A DNA stretch of 40,000 bases from Pseudanabaenaceae cyanobacterium SKYG29 (GCA_025055675.1 JANWWT010000006.1:18839-58838); one strand, 5' to 3'. Shown: positions 11,095 to 19,991, counted from the first letter of the stretch. The notes: generated from the sequence alone by a model not told the origin. Made by a program: numbers and translations.

Positions 11095-12589
11095 TTTTTA
11101 TATTGCCCAAAATTGATGACAGGAGAGCAACATCTTTCTGTTTAATCTTATACCTACCTGACTCGATGTCTCTGATCCAACTCTGACTTTTGTTTAACAG
11201 AGCGGAAAGCTGCCGTTGACTAATACCCTGTTGCATCCTTGCCTGTTTAATCATATCTCCAGTAACTGCCTCAGAGGGAGAGGAGAGACTAGTAGTCCTT
11301 GGTTTGGGTTTAGCTTTTGCTTTTGGGACTTCTGTCCGCCAATCATCGGGCAGTTCAAAATCAGAAATGGTAGCGTTGAGCAGCCCCATCCACTTCTTCT
11401 TAGAATTAGTACTGATTTTGTTTTCGTTGGCATCTTCTATCCAATACTGCAAGGCTTCCTCAGGGTCATCAGGAATCTGTTGCACTGTTAACCAGTCTGG
11501 TTGTATCTCTTCTGGATAACTATCGTTATCAAATACTGGCTTCAACCCATAATAAAATAACTGCTCCATGTCTGCTTCAAAGGTACTGATGATTTTGCGT
11601 CTGACATCCGCCTTGTACCAGGCTGTTTGCAGATAGTCTTCCCCATAAACCTGTTTTAACAAGGTGGCAACTTTAGCACTCCGATCACTTCCCACTCGCC
11701 ACTTAAACAACAGATAAAGTAGCATCACCACTGCCCCCTCATGGCGTTGCCAGAGATTCATAATCTTAGGGGGCAAAGAAATGGGTAACCAACTGTACTG
11801 GTAGTAGGCAGTTCTGTTACGGGCTTCCTCTTGATTGAGAAAGTAAGCTGCCCACTTGCCTGCCAAGACTTTGAACGATAGACCAACTAGGTAACGCAAG
11901 CCTTCATCTGTAGCAGAGATATGATATGTGGTATCGATCGACCAAATTGGCTCGTTAGGAATGTGAATAGCTTTGATTTTCCCCCTTTGTTCCCAATAAA
12001 TTTCTACTTCTAATTCCCGCACTTGCTCAATCAGGGACTGGATTAACAACAGCTTTTTTAACCGATTCATGTCCCGCCGTTGGTGTAATCCCAAAAACTC
12101 AGTAATAACCCGATCGTTAATTACTATTTCTTCTGCCCAGGGTCGCTTTTTCTGCGTGGCACAGGCAGCCAGTAAGAGGTGAATTAAAACCGATCGGATG
12201 TCTATATCTTCTAGGGGATTTGTCCCCTTAGGTAAGCGGTAAATTAACTTGCCCGATCGTCCCGCGTAGTGGCAATAGATATAGTCTCCCTCCTGCTGCC
12301 AGTTGTGGAAGGGGCGATGAGTCATTAAGTTACAAGCTTGCCAAATGACTAAACAGGAGGCAAAGGGCTGATTCTTGCCATTTTGGAATAGCGTGACGTT
12401 GGCTGGGGGGTAGTCAATATTGGCGGTCTTAAAACTAGGATTAGTCACTAAATTACTCAAACACTTGTACACCCTATGACAGTGGGGGCTAGGACTCACT
12501 GATATGATTTCCGAGGAAGATAATTCCTCAAATTCGTTGGTGCTCAAGGAATAGATGGGGCAACTTGTACAGGAATTATTAGAAGCCAT
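11087..12589 (-). CDS. CnfR/PatB-like nif-cluster transcriptional regulator (C-terminal XRE-type HTH)
   Basis: C-terminal HTH QGISQRQLSALLNKSQSWIRDIESGRYKIKQKDVALLSSIL. About 500 aa and directly downstream of nifV-nifZ, which is where cnfR/patB-type genes sit in non-heterocystous cyanobacterial nif clusters. The N-terminus has only CxxCP and HCHxxxxC, not the canonical CxxCxxCxxxCP. Confidence 0.6.
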   Translation of the reverse strand: MASNNSCTSCPIYSLSTNEFEELSSSEIISVSPSPHCHRVYKCLSNLVTNPSFKTANIDYPPANVTLFQNGKNQPFASCLVIWQACNLMTHRPFHNWQQEGDYIYCHYAGRSGKLIYRLPKGTNPLEDIDIRSVLIHLLLAACATQKKRPWAEEIVINDRVITEFLGLHQRRDMNRLKKLLLIQSLIEQVRELEVEIYWEQRGKIKAIHIPNEPIWSIDTTYHISATDEGLRYLVGLSFKVLAGKWAAYFLNQEEARNRTAYYQYSWLPISLPPKIMNLWQRHEGAVVMLLYLLFKWRVGSDRSAKVATLLKQVYGEDYLQTAWYKADVRRKIISTFEADMEQLFYYGLKPVFDNDSYPEEIQPDWLTVQQIPDDPEEALQYWIEDANENKISTNSKKKWMGLLNATISDFELPDDWRTEVPKAKAKPKPRTTSLSSPSEAVTGDMIKQARMQQGISQRQLSALLNKSQSWIRDIESGRYKIKQKDVALLSSILGNIKTS

Positions 12590-12725
12590 GGCTATTACCC
12601 CCTGGGCGTTTCTGGGTGAGTAAGCAGACTATAACCCTAGCCGCCAAGAGTTTTTGTAGGCTAGTAAACATATTCACAATATTTTAATAATTGGACAGTG
12701 GCTTCGTAGCTGATTTAACAGAATA

Positions 12726-12977
12726 TTACTCTACAAGCTCTAACTCGTTGTAACGACAACCAATTACAATCCCCAGTTCCAGAAAGTGGACGGCATAAAT
12801 GTAAAAGGTTTGTAAAAAATCCCCAATGTGAATGACATAGCCAATTTCCCCTGGGCGGGCTAAAACCTCTCCTCTTTCTCGACCACGAAAGGTACCATCA
12901 TTTCTGATCAATTTAAGCAGGCGTACTTTGTCACCTAGTTCAAATACAGGGGGAAAGTCTAATTCATTCCTAGCCAT
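12726..12977 (-). CDS. nifZ: NifZ
   Basis: NifZ hallmarks: GDKVRLLKLIRNDGTF, GEIGYV, FLQTFYIYAVHF, IGCRYNELE. Overlaps the nifV stop by 8 nt. Confidence 0.82.
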   Translation of the reverse strand: MARNELDFPPVFELGDKVRLLKLIRNDGTFRGRERGEVLARPGEIGYVIHIGDFLQTFYIYAVHFLELGIVIGCRYNELELVE

Positions 12978-14103
12978 AGTTTTTCTCCTTCACTTCTTGG
13001 GTAATTCTAATTAAATCTTCCACTGCTAAACCAGTTTTTGCTTGGGTTGCCCGTGCCCGTACGATCGTTAAAATTTCCTGGGCTTCCTGGGCTGTAACCG
13101 TGATTCCTGCTGTAGCTAACAAATGCATGATTAGATGTCTGCCTGAGTGTTTGCCAACTACTAGTTGCCGACTACGTCCTACTTCCTCTGGGGGGTAGGG
13201 TTCATAACTGTTAGTATCGACAAGCATGCCGTGGGTATGGATACCCGATTCATGGCAAAAAGTGTTTTTCCCTACCACTGGTTTACAAAAAGGGGGGGGA
13301 CAGTTAGCCGCTGTACTGACAAATTGGGATAATTCCCAAAATTTTTGCGTGTTGATGTTTAGTTTAATGCCGTAGATTTCTTTCAGCGCCATTACTACTT
13401 CTTCTAAGGCAGCATTGCCTGCTCTTTCCCCTAGTCCATTGACTGTAGTATTGACCGATCGTGCCCCTGCTCTGATGCCCGCTAAAGCATTGGCAACTGC
13501 CATCCCTAAGTCATTGTGGGTGTGCATTTCAATGGGAATTTGCACTATTTTAGTCAGTTGTTGGATGCGCTCGTAAGTGCCAAAGGGGTCAAGTCTGCCT
13601 ACAGTATCACAATAGCGGAACCGTTCTGCCCCCCAGGACTGGGCTAGTAAAACTACCTCTGCCAGAAAGTGAGGATCAGCCCTGGAACTATCCTCCCCCC
13701 CCACGGAGACGAACAAGCCGTGGGATTTAGCAAACGCCATGCAGTTTTTTAGCCGCTCCAACATTGCCGATCGGCTGCCCTGAAATTTTATAGCTATTTG
13801 TAAATCCGATACAGGTACAGAAATATGTACTCGCTCCAGTCCACAGGCAAGGGAGGCTTCCAAGTCAGCAATGTTGCAGCGATTCCAACCGATTATTCGG
13901 GCATTTAGACCGGCCTGCACGATCGTTTTTATCGCTTCTGCCTCTTCGCCCCCCATGATGGGAATGCCTACTTCGATTTCAGGAATACCAATTTGGTCGA
14001 GGAGATGAGCAATGGCGACTTTTTCTGCCAAGGTAAAGGCTACACCTGCAGTTTGCTCCCCATCGCGCAGAGTAGTATCGTTAATTGTAATAGCGTTCGT
14101 CAT
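12970..14103 (-). CDS. nifV: Homocitrate synthase NifV
   Basis: INDTTLRDGEQTAGVAF, HTHNDLGMAVANALA, and nif context. Confidence 0.9.
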   Translation of the reverse strand: MTNAITINDTTLRDGEQTAGVAFTLAEKVAIAHLLDQIGIPEIEVGIPIMGGEEAEAIKTIVQAGLNARIIGWNRCNIADLEASLACGLERVHISVPVSDLQIAIKFQGSRSAMLERLKNCMAFAKSHGLFVSVGGEDSSRADPHFLAEVVLLAQSWGAERFRYCDTVGRLDPFGTYERIQQLTKIVQIPIEMHTHNDLGMAVANALAGIRAGARSVNTTVNGLGERAGNAALEEVVMALKEIYGIKLNINTQKFWELSQFVSTAANCPPPFCKPVVGKNTFCHESGIHTHGMLVDTNSYEPYPPEEVGRSRQLVVGKHSGRHLIMHLLATAGITVTAQEAQEILTIVRARATQAKTGLAVEDLIRITQEVKEKNYG

Positions 14104-14110
14104 GCGCCCT

Positions 14111-14191
14111 TTACTCCACTAGATAGAACAGTCCATTAACGAAGAGAATACAGAGGACAAAGTAAATCAAGAAAAAGATAGCGATCGTCAT
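14111..14191 (-). CDS. Candidate 26-aa hydrophobic micro-protein (MTIAIFFLIYFVLCILFVNGLFYLVE)
   Basis: Not in the ORF track because it is under 60 aa. ATG is preceded by GGAGG with an 8-nt spacer. It fills the gap between the Cys-rich ORF (stop at 14196) and nifV (start at 14103). The peptide is one predicted TM helix. Confidence 0.45.
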   Translation of the reverse strand: MTIAIFFLIYFVLCILFVNGLFYLVE

Positions 14192-14195
14192 AGGT

Positions 14196-14456
14196 TTAGC
14201 CTCCACTGTCTACTGGTAATGTTGATAGCTGCCAGCATCTTTCTAACCATGCTAAATGGTCTTTGCGGGAACCTGTACATTGAAACACTGTCATACAGAG
14301 CAAGGCAATTTCACAGCTGCAGTTAATCTGTACACATAAACATCCGTCAGCAGGGCATTGACAGGATATGGATAACTGCTGCAAGCGATGACATACATTC
14401 CATCTCTCTCCCGCTGGTAATGAATCTATCTTTGCTATCAAAGTAAAGTCTGACAT
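14196..14456 (-). CDS. Small Cys-rich nif-cluster protein (resembles the Asr1405-type ORFs found upstream of nifV in other cyanobacteria)
   Basis: 86 aa with 10 Cys, including three CxC motifs (SCQCPADGCLCVQINCSCE). First gene of the minus-strand unit, divergent from nifB. The family name is recalled from memory, not verified. Confidence 0.6.
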   Translation of the reverse strand: MSDFTLIAKIDSLPAGERWNVCHRLQQLSISCQCPADGCLCVQINCSCEIALLCMTVFQCTGSRKDHLAWLERCWQLSTLPVDSGG

Positions 14457-14684
14457 TTCTCTTAGCTCCTTTTTCCCTATTTTTCCCCTTCTAGCAGACT
14501 GTTTTTGCTAAAACCAAGGTGTGCCAGAGATAGGTTATTTGGTTTATTACTCTGTACTCAGATTGCCTAACCCCAGGCAAAACCCTATCCAGGTCAGGTT
14601 TGGGGGTTGTGATCACCAAGAGAAAGGAAAAATAACTGCTGACGGGCAGCGGTATTTGCTACAACAAATGGTATTTATCTAGCA

Positions 14685-14718
14685 ATAGTTAGCGTATCTG
14701 TACTCACAGATAGTTAGC
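14685..14718. promoter_or_regulatory. Operator-like composite: ATAGTTAGC, G, inverted repeat TATCTGT-ACTC-ACAGATA, second ATAGTTAGC (overlapping the repeat's last 3 nt)
   Basis: Perfect 7-bp inverted repeat at 14695-14712. Direct 9-mers at 14685-14693 and 14710-14718. It embeds one TGTACTCA copy. Confidence 0.45.
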
Positions 14719-14759
14719 CCCCCGCCGCCATATAGCCGAGTATCCCCTAGAAGAGAAAA

Positions 14760-14785
14760 TGTACTCACAACCTAAATAGTATAAT
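14760..14785 (+). promoter_or_regulatory. Candidate nifB promoter: TGTACTCA-N12-TATAAT
   Basis: Consensus -10 TATAAT at 14780-14785. The repeated octamer lies over the -35 position. This implies a leader of about 390 nt to the nifB ATG at 15180. Inference only. Confidence 0.4.
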
Positions 14786-15179
14786 TAAATACAGAAAAAT
14801 TGGTGTAATTTGATACCAAAGCTTTGGAACAAAGGAAATAACAAATGTCAGTAAAATAAGATACAATTCACTACTTAGTGATACAGGGGTGGACGATGGG
14901 AGTGAGTGCAAGTAATTTTGACTACCAAGGAGGGGAAAGTCTCTGTAGGCAAGTATTTGGTAGAGTACACATAGTTAGCATTCAGCTAGAAATACAGTTA
15001 CCTACAACAGTGAAATACTAGTTCCCTGGGGGATAAAAATTATTTCTATGCCCCCATTACTAGGAATGGGTGACTGAGTACATCACTAATACACTAAATA
15101 ACCCTATCTCTTCTGCCAAAATAGAGCGGCTATTTGGGGGGTGCTATAACTGTCTCACTCATTTAGCAAGGCAGGAGTC

Positions 15180-16613
15180 ATGGAATTGCAAGCATCAACT
15201 TCTCTCAGTAATTGCAACTGTACTAAGCAGAACGTGGCGGATAAGATTGCCGATCGGGATGAAAGAATCAAAGCGCGGATTGCTAAACATCCCTGTTACA
15301 GCGAAGAAGCTCATCATCACTACGCACGGATGCATGTGGCGGTGGCTCCTGCTTGTAACATTCAGTGTAACTACTGTAATCGCAAGTATGACTGCGCTAA
15401 TGAAAGTCGTCCCGGTGTGGTTAGTGAGGTCTTAACGCCAGAGGAGGCTGCCCACAAGGTCTTGGTCATAGCAGGCAAAATTCCCCAAATGACGGTGGTT
15501 GGTATTGCGGGACCTGGTGACCCCCTAGCTAATCCCAAGCAAACCTTTGAAACCTTTGCCCGCATTGCCGAAAAAGCACCCGACATTAAGCTCTGTCTTT
15601 CTACTAACGGTTTGAATCTGCCTGATTATGTCGATCGGATTAAAGAGCTGAACATCGACCATGTCACAATCACGATTAACACGATCGACCCCGAGATTGG
15701 TGCCCGTATTTATCCCTGGATTCGCTGGCAGCGCAAAAGAATTAAAGGGATGGAAGGGGTAAAGATTCTCCTGGAAAGACAAATGGAAGGACTACAGGCT
15801 TTGCAAGAGGCGGATATTCTCTGCAAGGTCAATTCCGTTATGATTCCAGGGATTAATGACCAACATCTCATAGAGGTAAATAAGGTCATTCGGGAGAAGG
15901 GGGCATTCTTACACAACATCATGCCTCTAATTTCTGCCCGTGAACATGGTACCTACTTCGGACTGACGGGGCAGCGGGGACCAACTCCCCAGGAGTTAAA
16001 GGCTTTGCAAGATAAGTGCGCCGGCAATATGAAGATGATGCGCCACTGTCGGCAATGTCGGGCTGATGCAGTGGGTCTTTTGGGCGAAGACCGATCGCAG
16101 GAATTCACAAAGGACAAAATCATGCATATGCAACCGGAGTATGACCCTGAACAAAGACAGATTGTCCATGCCCGCATTGAACTGCGTAAACGGGAGTTAG
16201 CAGAAGAAAAGGCAAAATTGGCAAGGCAAAATGCTCAGCCCACACCCAAGATTTTGGTAGCCGTTGCCAGCAAGGGCGGTGGGTTAGTCAACCAACACTT
16301 CGGTCATGCCAAGGAATTCCTCATCTATGAAGTAGATGCCAACAGTGTCAATTTTGTTGGTCATCGCAAGGTTGCTCACTACTGTCAAGGCGGCTACGGA
16401 GAAGAAGCCACAATGGACAATATCCTACAGGCAATCGGAGATTGCAAAGCTGTTCTCTGCAGCAAGATTGGTAGCTGTCCCCAGGAGAAATTACGTCAGA
16501 AAGGCATTGAACCCTTCGAAGATTATGACGTGATTGAGGTAGTAGCGCGCAAGTTTTATACCCAGTTTATGCGCAAACAATTGGAGGTGGATTATGCCCT
16601 ACAAAACCATTAA
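15180..16613 (+). CDS. nifB: FeMo-cofactor biosynthesis radical-SAM protein NifB (with C-terminal NifX-like domain)
   Basis: Radical SAM motif [14 protein letters not shown] and a C-terminal NifX/NifB domain ([28 protein letters not shown]). AGGAG lies 4 nt upstream of the ATG. Confidence 0.95.
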   Translation: MELQASTSLSNCNCTKQNVADKIADRDERIKARIAKHPCYSEEAHHHYARMHVAVAPACNIQCNYCNRKYDCANESRPGVVSEVLTPEEAAHKVLVIAGKIPQMTVVGIAGPGDPLANPKQTFETFARIAEKAPDIKLCLSTNGLNLPDYVDRIKELNIDHVTITINTIDPEIGARIYPWIRWQRKRIKGMEGVKILLERQMEGLQALQEADILCKVNSVMIPGINDQHLIEVNKVIREKGAFLHNIMPLISAREHGTYFGLTGQRGPTPQELKALQDKCAGNMKMMRHCRQCRADAVGLLGEDRSQEFTKDKIMHMQPEYDPEQRQIVHARIELRKRELAEEKAKLARQNAQPTPKILVAVASKGGGLVNQHFGHAKEFLIYEVDANSVNFVGHRKVAHYCQGGYGEEATMDNILQAIGDCKAVLCSKIGSCPQEKLRQKGIEPFEDYDVIEVVARKFYTQFMRKQLEVDYALQNH

Positions 16614-16866
16614 TGAATACATGAGTTGGGAGGAGTGTCTCAGACGCTGTCCCAAAGGAGCAATTAAAAAGAATGGCTCCCACTATTGGTTAGATGAAAA
16701 ATTGTGCGATCGATGTCGTAACCTGCCTGAATACTGCTGTGGGGGCATCTTTGAAAACAACTCCCCCAACTATCTGCAAGACTTTAATTCCTATTGGCAG
16801 GAATGGTTCACCAACTACAACAAACTACTGGAGCGGTTACGTCAAACGCAAGGAGGTCAGCTATGA
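16594..16866 (+). CDS. fdxN: FdxN-like ferredoxin homologue with degenerate cluster motifs
   Basis: Position (nifB to nifS) and similarity to cyanobacterial FdxN as I recall it (MxYxI..., CP.GAIK, HYW(L/I)D..LC..C, YW.EWF.NYN). GGAGG lies 6 nt upstream. Overlaps nifB by 20 nt and nifS by ATGA. It has only 6 Cys. Confidence 0.75.
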   Translation: MPYKTINEYMSWEECLRRCPKGAIKKNGSHYWLDEKLCDRCRNLPEYCCGGIFENNSPNYLQDFNSYWQEWFTNYNKLLERLRQTQGGQL

Positions 16867-18065
16867 CAGTCACTTACCTAGATAACAATGCTACTACCCC
16901 CGTTGCCCCCGAAGTCGTGGAAGCCATGTTGCCCTATCTCACCGAGTTGTATGGCAATCCTTCTAGTATGCACAGTTTTGGTGGGCGGGTAGCAAAAGCT
17001 CTGCAAACAGCAAGAGAACAGGTAGCTGATCTCATTGGTGCCTTACCTGCAGAAATTGTCTTCACCAGTTGTGGCACAGAGGGAAATAATACTGCCATTC
17101 GCTCGGCATTAGCTTCTTTCCCCGATCGTCGTCATATTATCACTACCCAAGTAGAACATGCCTGCGTCCTCAATCTCTGCAAAACACTGGAAAAACAGGG
17201 CTATCGGGTCACCTATCTGTCTGTAGATAGCAAGGGCATGCTCGACCTCATGGAACTAGAGGCAGCCTTGACAGGGGATACAGCGATTGTTTCCACCATG
17301 TATGCCAACAATGAAACAGGGGTGATTTTCCCAGTGGAAGAGATTGGACAGTTAGTGAAATCCCATGGTGCTCTCTTCCATGTGGATGCCGTGCAAGCGG
17401 TAGGCAAAGTTCCCATCAATTTGCAAAATAGTCCGATCGATTTTCTCACTCTCTCTGGTCATAAGTTCCATGCCCCCAAGGGAGTAGGTGCCCTGTTTAT
17501 CCGACGGGGTGTCCGTTTCCGTCCGTTACTAATCGGTGGACATCAGGAAAAAAATCGGCGGGGTGGCACAGAGAATGTTGCCAGCATTGTGGGATTAGGA
17601 CGAGCAGCCGAACTAGCACGGCAAAACATAGAAAAAATGCTAGCGGTACAAGCCCTCAGGGATTATTTGGAACAAGGTATTCTCACTACCATTCCTGATA
17701 CAGTCGTCAATGGCAAAGGCAGCCCCCGTTTACCCAACACCTCTAACATTGGCTTCAAATACATTGAAGGAGAAGCGATTTTGTTATTGCTCGATCGGGA
17801 GGGGATTTGCGCTTCTTCGGGTTCGGCATGTACTTCTGATTCCCTAGAACCTTCCCATGTTTTGCGGGCAATGGGTCTGCCCTACAGCGTCTTACATGGT
17901 TCTATTCGTTTTAGTCTTTCCCGTTATACCACTCTGGCAGAAGTAGAACGATTATTGGCAGTCATGCCCACCATTGTCGCTAAACTGCGTGCTCTGTCGC
18001 CCTTCCAATCCGACGAAGGAGAGTGGCTACAGCAGAGAACAGAATCCCTGGTTACTTCGGCATAG
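16863..18065 (+). CDS. nifS: Cysteine desulfurase NifS
   Basis: [17 protein letters not shown]-Lys motif LSGHKFHAPKG, active-site SSGSACTS. Start moved to ATG 16863 (ATGA overlap with the fdxN stop). Confidence 0.93.
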   Translation: MTVTYLDNNATTPVAPEVVEAMLPYLTELYGNPSSMHSFGGRVAKALQTAREQVADLIGALPAEIVFTSCGTEGNNTAIRSALASFPDRRHIITTQVEHACVLNLCKTLEKQGYRVTYLSVDSKGMLDLMELEAALTGDTAIVSTMYANNETGVIFPVEEIGQLVKSHGALFHVDAVQAVGKVPINLQNSPIDFLTLSGHKFHAPKGVGALFIRRGVRFRPLLIGGHQEKNRRGGTENVASIVGLGRAAELARQNIEKMLAVQALRDYLEQGILTTIPDTVVNGKGSPRLPNTSNIGFKYIEGEAILLLLDREGICASSGSACTSDSLEPSHVLRAMGLPYSVLHGSIRFSLSRYTTLAEVERLLAVMPTIVAKLRALSPFQSDEGEWLQQRTESLVTSA

Positions 18066-18074
18066 GAGGTTGTT

Positions 18075-18902
18075 ATGTGGGACTACAGTGAAAAAGTATT
18101 GGAACTCTTCTACAATCCCCGCAATCAGGGTGTAATCGAAGACACACAAGACCCGGAATTTGCCGTTGTCAGAGGGGAAGTGGGCAGTATTGCCTGTGGA
18201 GATGCCCTCCGCCTCCATCTCAAAATCGATAAAAGAAACGATCGGATTGTTGATGCCAAGTTTCAAACCTTTGGTTGTACCAGCGCGATCGCTTCTTCTT
18301 CCGCTTTAACGGAGATGGTAAAAGGATTGACCCTGGATGAAGCCCTAGCGATTACCAACCAAGATATTGCCAACTACCTGGGCGGGTTACCACAGCAGAA
18401 AATGCACTGTTCAGTAATGGGACAAGAAGCCCTAGAAAAAGCTATCTACACTTACCGTGGTATCTCCCTCCCGGAGCACGAAGAAGATGAAGGAACTTTA
18501 GTCTGCACTTGTTTTGGTGTCAGTGAAGAACGTATCCGCAAAGTGATTCGGGAAAATCATCTCACCCGCACAGAAGAAGTCACTAGCTACATCAAGGCGG
18601 GGGGAGGATGTGGTTCTTGTCTGAGTGCCATTGATGACATTCTCGCCAGCATGATTGCTCAACGCAGCATGACCAATCTGCAAAAGATTAACAAGATTCA
18701 GTCCGTGTTGGCAAGTTTACGCCCCTACTTGCAGGAAGATGGCGGGGATGTGGAGTTGTTTGATGTGGAAGGCGATCGGGTTTTAGTCAATCTCAAGGGT
18801 GCTTGTGGCAGCTGTGCCAGTAGTTTGGTCACCCTCAAAGAAGTGATAGAAGAACGCCTCCGCCAAGAGGTGTTGCCTTCTTTAGTTGTGGAAGCTGTGT
18901 AA
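18075..18902 (+). CDS. nifU: Fe-S cluster scaffold NifU
   Basis: IscU-like N-domain (GDALRLHL, FGCTSAIASS, MHCS), a central Cys-containing (Fe-S-type) region (CTCFGVSE...GGGCGSC), and a C-terminal Nfu domain (GACGSCASS). Confidence 0.93.
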   Translation: MWDYSEKVLELFYNPRNQGVIEDTQDPEFAVVRGEVGSIACGDALRLHLKIDKRNDRIVDAKFQTFGCTSAIASSSALTEMVKGLTLDEALAITNQDIANYLGGLPQQKMHCSVMGQEALEKAIYTYRGISLPEHEEDEGTLVCTCFGVSEERIRKVIRENHLTRTEEVTSYIKAGGGCGSCLSAIDDILASMIAQRSMTNLQKINKIQSVLASLRPYLQEDGGDVELFDVEGDRVLVNLKGACGSCASSLVTLKEVIEERLRQEVLPSLVVEAV

Positions 18903-18940
18903 TCCAATTGGGAGGTTCTATGTTTTCTCTTCTCTTAATC

Positions 18941-18987
18941 ATTGGTGAACGATCGCCCCCTGGGGGTAATCAGGCTCATTCACCAAT
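18941..18987 (+). promoter_or_regulatory. Stem-loop in the nifU-nifH spacer (ATTGGTGAA ... TTCACCAAT)
   Basis: Perfect 9-bp arms at 18941-18949 and 18979-18987 enclose a GC-rich CCCCCTGGGGG element. Lies 49 nt upstream of the nifH ATG. Confidence 0.5.
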
Positions 18988-19026
18988 TACAACCACAGTT
19001 CATTTTTGCAACAACTACAGTTCTAG

Positions 19027-19929
<903 letters not shown>

Positions 19930-19939
19930 CATCCCCCCA

Positions 19940-19960
19940 CCCTTCCCTAATTGGGGAGGG
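19940..19960 (+). promoter_or_regulatory. Hairpin just after the nifH stop (CCCTTCCC-TAATT-GGGGAGGG)
   Basis: 8-bp stem with one G-U pair and a 5-nt loop, 11 nt after the stop. No U-tract follows, so it is not a canonical terminator. Confidence 0.4.
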
Positions 19961-19991
19961 GTCTCTAACCAAGTATAAGGAGAACAACACT

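Noticed and set aside
14457-15179. NtcA-type site (GTA-N8-TAC) upstream of nifB
   Set aside because: Several GTAC-containing sequences are present, but none gives an exact GTA-N8-TAC. The nearest are GTA-N8-TAG (14700-14713) and GTA-N10-TAC.
15070-15435. 121-aa plus-strand ORF overlapping the nifB start
   Set aside because: It is out of frame with nifB, whose radical-SAM motif fixes the true frame. It starts with GTG and has no SD. The composition is not protein-like.
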